Part shown: positions 59,469 through 64,000 of the stretch, one piece after another | Numbering within the stretch: the stretch's first letter is position 1 | Layout of the letters: each line of letters opens with the position of its first letter | NCBI GenBank assembly: GCA_965219685.1 | Contig: CBDCOH010000002.1 | Location: forward strand, 1,632,001-1,696,000 | From: Candidatus Spongiisociaceae bacterium | Lineage (GTDB): Bacteria; Actinomycetota; Acidimicrobiia; Spongiisociales; Spongiisociaceae | Length of the DNA stretch: 64,000 nt | Reading direction: 5' to 3' | The notes under the pieces: model-generated | What the model was told of the DNA's origin: nothing | Databases searched by the model: none | The model's input: only the letters and a program-made list of their open reading frames with translations | Program-made: the position numbers and the translations under genes

Positions 59469-60787
59469 GGTTCACCAGACGGCTGCACACCCCGTGGTGG
59501 TTACCGATCACGGTTCCCATCGGCTCGGTGACGGCGGCGTTCCTGGTCGGAGCAGCCGTGCTGCTGGTCACCGGCCACAACCCGGTGGACACGTACATCC
59601 GGTTGTTCGAACGAGGATTCCTTTCCGAGAACGCCCTCTCGTCGACTCTCCGTTCCGCCACTCCCCTGGTCTTCACCGGCCTGGCGGCTGCCGCGGCTTT
59701 TCGGATGCGCCTGTGGAACATCGGCGGCGAGGGCCAGCTCTACATGGGGGCGATCGGCGCCTCAGGGATAGGACTCGCCCTCGACGGCACCGCTCCCATC
59801 GTGGTGATACCGGCCATGATCCTGGGCGGGGCGGTGTTCGGCGCCCTGTGGGCTTTCGTCCCCGGGATCCTGCGGTCGCGGTTCAACACCAACGAGATCA
59901 TCACCAGTCTCATGCTGAACTACGTCGCCGGCCTGGTCCTCGCCTATCTGGTGCTCGGCAGCATGTCACCCTGGCGCGACCAATCCCCCGGAACGACCTT
60001 CCCTCTGGGTGCGCGGCTCTCCGATTCCGCGTCCTGGCCCCAGTTTCTCACGGGGTTGCCTCTGCTGGTGGCAGTACCGGTCTCTCTGGGAGTCGTCGCC
60101 GGCGTAGCCGCCTGGATGAGGCACCGGACGCGGGGCCGCACGCTCAAGGCGAACGTGGTCGTCATCTCGGCCGTAGCAGTAGCCGCTCTGCTACTTGTGG
60201 GAGTTGTTGCAGATGGCCCCGCGATCACCGTCCCATTCGGGATGGTGCTGGGAGTGGCGACCGCGATCGTGGTCTGGGTTCTGTACCGGGAGACGAAGTT
60301 CGGTTTCGAAGTCCGCGTTATCAGCGACTCGCCGGCGGCTGCACGCTACGGCGGGATGGACACCGGCCGCAAGATCGTGGTTGTGATGCTGCTCGCCGGC
60401 GGACTGGCCGGGCTGGGCGGCGCCAGCCAGGTGGGTGACTTCTCCCACCTGCTCGACCCCTACGGCCTACCGCAGAGCGTGTACGGGTACACGGGAATCG
60501 TGGTGGCTGCCCTGAGCGCCAATGGTCCGCTGGGGGTGATCCTGTCCGCGTTCCTCCTCGGAGGACTGAGCAACGCGGGCTTCAGCTTGCGAGGACTCGA
60601 CTTCCCACTCGGTCTCGTAGGCATCCTGCAGGGACTGATTCTCTTCTTCGCGATCGGCGGAACCGTTCTGGTCCGCTACCGGGTGCGCTTCGGAGTACGA
60701 CGGGCCACCGGGGAGGAGTCGCCCGAACAGCACGAGCCGGATGGATCCGCCTTGGCCGGCGCCGGAACCGGGGGCGGTGGACAGTGA
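59465..60787 (+). CDS. ABC permease
   Basis: WNIGGEGQ, NEIITSLMLNY, GYTGIVVA. Confidence 0.9.
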   Translation: MRFTRRLHTPWWLPITVPIGSVTAAFLVGAAVLLVTGHNPVDTYIRLFERGFLSENALSSTLRSATPLVFTGLAAAAAFRMRLWNIGGEGQLYMGAIGASGIGLALDGTAPIVVIPAMILGGAVFGALWAFVPGILRSRFNTNEIITSLMLNYVAGLVLAYLVLGSMSPWRDQSPGTTFPLGARLSDSASWPQFLTGLPLLVAVPVSLGVVAGVAAWMRHRTRGRTLKANVVVISAVAVAALLLVGVVADGPAITVPFGMVLGVATAIVVWVLYRETKFGFEVRVISDSPAAARYGGMDTGRKIVVVMLLAGGLAGLGGASQVGDFSHLLDPYGLPQSVYGYTGIVVAALSANGPLGVILSAFLLGGLSNAGFSLRGLDFPLGLVGILQGLILFFAIGGTVLVRYRVRFGVRRATGEESPEQHEPDGSALAGAGTGGGGQ

Positions 60788-61740
60788 ACGAGAACATCGC
60801 CGTCGTGATCCTGGCATCGGCAGTGTTCTACGGCACGCCACTCCTATACGCGGCACTCGGAGAGGTACTCGCGGAGCGGTCAGGCGTGCTGAACCTGGGC
60901 CTGGAGGGGATGATGCTTATGGGGGCGGTGATGGGGTTCTGGACGGTTCAGTACGTGGACGGCCCCGGATGGCTGGTCCTATCCGGCGCCGTACTGGTAG
61001 CAGCAGCCGCCGGAGCGGCCACCGCCCTGATACACGCCGTCCTGGTGATCACCCTCCGCGCCAACCAGATCGTGTCGGGCATCGCCCTGACGATCTTCGC
61101 CGGCGTGATAGGCCTGTCGTCCTACATCGGCACGCGGGCCGGCGTTGGAGGCGCTCCCCTCGCCCACCACTTCCGGCCCCTGAACCTGTTCGGGCTCAAG
61201 GACTTTCCCATCCTGGGGCCGATCCTCTTCGACCAGCATGCTCTCGTCTACCTGTCATGGCTACTGGTCGTCGCCGCAACCTGGTACATCTACCGCACGA
61301 GCCTCGGGCTCAGGCTGCGGTCCGTGGGGGATGCTCCCGAGACGGCGGACGCCGCCGGAATCAACGTGACGAAGTATCGCTACCTGCACACGGTCGCAGG
61401 CGGTGCCTTCGCAGGCATAGGCGGGTCGGTATTCAGCCTCGCCATCGCCCTCAACTGGCTGGACGGTATGACCGCGGGCGCCGGGTGGATCGCGATCGCG
61501 CTGGTCATCTTCGGTTTCTGGCGTCCCATCCCCGTCATGGTCGGCGCTTACTTCTTCGGTGGTCTCTCAGGCCTGGCCTTTGTGCTCCAGACGCGCCAAG
61601 TCCGCCTACCGCCCGAGATGTTCGCCTCGCTCCCCTACTTGATGACCATCGTGGTGCTTGCGGTCGTGTCGTCGGGATGGGCACGCCGCCGTTCCACAGC
61701 TCCCGCGGCGCTCGGTACTCCCTACCTGCGGGAGACATAG
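60784..61740 (+). CDS. ABC permease
   Basis: TPLLYAALGE..AERSGVLNLGLEG, GWIAIALV, LPYLMT. Confidence 0.92.
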   Translation: MNENIAVVILASAVFYGTPLLYAALGEVLAERSGVLNLGLEGMMLMGAVMGFWTVQYVDGPGWLVLSGAVLVAAAAGAATALIHAVLVITLRANQIVSGIALTIFAGVIGLSSYIGTRAGVGGAPLAHHFRPLNLFGLKDFPILGPILFDQHALVYLSWLLVVAATWYIYRTSLGLRLRSVGDAPETADAAGINVTKYRYLHTVAGGAFAGIGGSVFSLAIALNWLDGMTAGAGWIAIALVIFGFWRPIPVMVGAYFFGGLSGLAFVLQTRQVRLPPEMFASLPYLMTIVVLAVVSSGWARRRSTAPAALGTPYLRET

Positions 61741-61741
61741 T

Positions 61742-61794
61742 TGGTGAGTGGTGAGTGGTGAATGGTGAGTGGTGAATGGTGAGTGGTGAATGGT
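61742..61794. repeat. heptamer tandem repeat (TGGTGAR)x7.6
   Basis: Read directly. Starts 2 nt after the permease stop, between convergent genes. Confidence 0.97.
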
Positions 61795-61917
61795 TGGTAG
61801 GACGGTGGTTAGCGCTTGAGGGTTTCTTTCTCGCTGGGGTGCAAGCATCGGCGGTCGTGTAGACCGGATGGGGAATCTACGGGGAGCCGGATGGGCCGGG
61901 AGGGAGTTCTCCCGCTG

Positions 61918-62670
61918 TCAGACGAGGGCACCTGCGTATGCCCGGAGCGCTCTCGACGCAGTTGCGGCGTCCGTTTCGGCACCGAAGAGACCCCCCTGGT
62001 ACCTCACCAGTCCCAGAAGGTTCTCGGTTACCTGTGAGTTGACCCCGGCAACTCCGTCCGAGATGGTCAGGCAGTCGTAACCGCTGTCGACGGCCGCATA
62101 GAGAGTGGCAGCCACGCAGACGTTGGAGGTGATCCCCGTGATGATCACCGACGTGATGTCTCTGGCTTCGATCCATCTGCGGAAAGGATCGTTCCCGAAA
62201 GTGCTGTATGTCGTCTTGTTGAAGACCGTTTCGCCCGGTAGCGGGGTGAGTTCGTCGACGATCCCCGCTCCCGGCTCGCCGTAGATCATCCCCCTCCCGA
62301 ACTTGTTCGGCTTCCCGTACGGCGTTCCGAAGCGTATAGCCTGCTCTCGTTTGAAGTCCGGGAGATCCGACAGGTCGGGAGAGAACGAGTTCGTGAAATG
62401 GACGATGTTCATCCCCGGCACGCTTCGGGCGGCGTCGAGCAAGTCACGGAGACCCGGCACGATCGCTCGAATCAGCGACAGGTCGAATCCCATATCCGTG
62501 AACCACCCGCCGTCGAGTACGCCATCCACCTCCATGTCGATTACCAGCAGGGCCACTTCCGAAGGCTTCGCCGGACCCAGCAGGGGCCACTCGTGAGGAA
62601 AGGAAGGAATGCTGAGCTTTGCCTCGGCTCCCCGGTGCTCTGACGTGTCCGAATTCGAAGGCGCTGACAT
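61918..62670 (-). CDS. isochorismatase-family cysteine hydrolase (amidase-like)
   Basis: LLVIDM, NK..YSTF, GITSNVCV (Asp-Lys-Cys triad). Confidence 0.88.
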   Translation of the reverse strand: MSAPSNSDTSEHRGAEAKLSIPSFPHEWPLLGPAKPSEVALLVIDMEVDGVLDGGWFTDMGFDLSLIRAIVPGLRDLLDAARSVPGMNIVHFTNSFSPDLSDLPDFKREQAIRFGTPYGKPNKFGRGMIYGEPGAGIVDELTPLPGETVFNKTTYSTFGNDPFRRWIEARDITSVIITGITSNVCVAATLYAAVDSGYDCLTISDGVAGVNSQVTENLLGLVRYQGGLFGAETDAATASRALRAYAGALV

Positions 62671-62867
62671 GGTGAACCGACCTCCCCGCGGGTCCTGCTC
62701 GCGAATGACTCAATCGTCACTACCGACCAAGTGAGATTACCAGCCGCCTACCATCCGCGGGCTTCCTTGGTCTGCCGGTGCGATGGCGACCGGAACCGTC
62801 CACGCCGTCCCTTGAAGACCACCGGGCCCACCTAGAGTAAGAGGGTGGGCCTTGTGGAAGATGAGTG

Positions 62868-64000
62868 ATGAGCCGCCAGCCGGTCCTGCCTGATCGGCCC
62901 CTCCACGTGGGGGCGAGTGTCAGCCGGGTCGAGGACGATCGGCTCCTCCGCGAAGGAGCCCGGTACGTCGCCGACATCGCGATCCCGGACATGGCCGAGG
63001 TGGTGATCGTGAGGAGCCCAGTCGCCCACGCCGAGTTGGGTGGCGTCGACGTCGGGCCCGCAACCCGGATGCCAGGAGTTGTCGCTGCTTTCGCGGCCTC
63101 CGACATGACCGGCGTTCAGCCATTCCCCGACACCAATCCCATGGTACGCCCCGTGAGCCTGTTTCCGCTCGCCAGGGAGCGGGTGCGCTACGTGGGCGCC
63201 CCCGTCGCGGTTGTCGTCGCCGAGGACCGCTACCTTGCGGAGGACGCCGCTACCGAGGTCCGGGTGGACTACGAGCAGTTGCCTGCTGTCATGTCCGTCG
63301 AGGCGAGCATCGATGGTTCGCAACGGTTGTACGACGAGTGGCCCGACAACAAGGTCCTCGATTTCCAACTCAACGATCCCGAAATCGACCGGATCTTCCG
63401 CAACCACCACGTGGTCCGGGAGACGTACAGCACTCACCGCCACACGGGTGTCCCGCTGGAGACACGCGGTTGCCTCGCACAGTTCGACGGCGGCCGCGTC
63501 ACCCTCTGGTCCTCCACGCAGAGCCCGCACTACGTCCGCACGATCCTGAGCCGGATGCTCGGCCTATCAGAGAACCGCATCCGTGTGATCGCGCCCGACA
63601 TGGGAGGAGGCTTCGGGATCAAGAGCCACATGTATCCCGAGGAGGTGCTCGTCCCCTGGCTGGCCATCAGGCTGGGTCGACCGGTGAGGTGGATCGAAGA
63701 CAGGACCGAGCACTTCACCGCTTCCAACCATGCTCGCGAACAGGCCATCCATATCGAGGGCGCCTTTACCGGCGAGGGCCGGATCGTCGCGGTGCGGGCC
63801 CATATCTTCAGTGACGTCGGATCGGGCGAGATCTGGTTCCCGGGCACCGGACCGAGCATTGTGGCTGCAGGCATGATCACGGGGCCCTACCGGATCAACC
63901 GGACACTGGCGTCCATCACCTGCGCGGTCACCAACAAGACACCTGCCGGCGCCTACCGCGGCTATGGGCAGCCGGAGGGCGTCTTCGCCCTCGAGAGCCT
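62868..64000 (+). CDS. xanthine dehydrogenase/CoxL-family molybdopterin-binding subunit, 3' end outside the window
   Basis: Hand translation: MSRQPVLPDRPLHVGASVSRVEDDRLL...RSPVAHA...PLETRG...STQSP...PDMGGGFGIK...WIEDR.E...AYRGYGQPEG. Absent from the ORF track. Confidence 0.92.
   Translation, partial: MSRQPVLPDRPLHVGASVSRVEDDRLLREGARYVADIAIPDMAEVVIVRSPVAHAELGGVDVGPATRMPGVVAAFAASDMTGVQPFPDTNPMVRPVSLFPLARERVRYVGAPVAVVVAEDRYLAEDAATEVRVDYEQLPAVMSVEASIDGSQRLYDEWPDNKVLDFQLNDPEIDRIFRNHHVVRETYSTHRHTGVPLETRGCLAQFDGGRVTLWSSTQSPHYVRTILSRMLGLSENRIRVIAPDMGGGFGIKSHMYPEEVLVPWLAIRLGRPVRWIEDRTEHFTASNHAREQAIHIEGAFTGEGRIVAVRAHIFSDVGSGEIWFPGTGPSIVAAGMITGPYRINRTLASITCAVTNKTPAGAYRGYGQPEGVFALES

Noticed and set aside
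55182-64000. Aerobic form I CO dehydrogenase
   Set aside because: The L-subunit loop is AYRGYG rather than AYxCSFR, and no cox accessory genes are in view.
1-64000. tRNA, rRNA, integrase, transposase or prophage genes
   Set aside because: None recognised by eye. A covariance or HMM scan could still find small elements.

Overview
High-GC window, probably from an actinobacterium of class Acidimicrobiia. The plant-type LRR proteins with a 'DRxALxxLYxxTxGxxW' cap, the Cys-containing SLH-like modules and the Ala/Thr/Pro-linker lipoproteins resemble sponge-associated members; this is inference only. The left half (1-30 kb) holds a T4 Rnl1-type RNA ligase missed by the ORF track, an MFS/stand-alone lipoyl domain/SDR/E1alpha/E1beta unit with no E2 core or E3, a secreted 30-repeat LRR protein, a DacB peptidase fused to LRR and SLH-like modules, and sthA. 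It also has a decayed defence/MGE relic, a DrrAB-type exporter, two toxin-antitoxin modules with odd toxin genes, a ferric-iron ABC/ferritin locus with DtxR/IdeR-like boxes, DUF2339, and a P4-less SAM-I riboswitch upstream of a one-Cys OsmC-family gene. The right half (30-64 kb) is a dense catabolic region for unidentified nitrogenous substrate(s). It encodes about ten C-N or metallo-hydrolases, three enolase-superfamily enzymes, two Gfo/Idh/MocA dehydrogenases, a DHDPS-like enzyme, PotABCD-like and BMP-type ABC importers, an IclR regulator and a split molybdo-hydroxylase. Several of these enzymes have non-canonical active-site motifs. Two non-coding motifs occur twice each in this region: a GTTGCG-N5-CGCAAC palindrome and a ~60-bp element. 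This region is the best candidate for an undescribed system. I saw no rRNA, tRNA, CRISPR array, integrase or transposase. All family assignments come from motif recognition by eye, not database searches.
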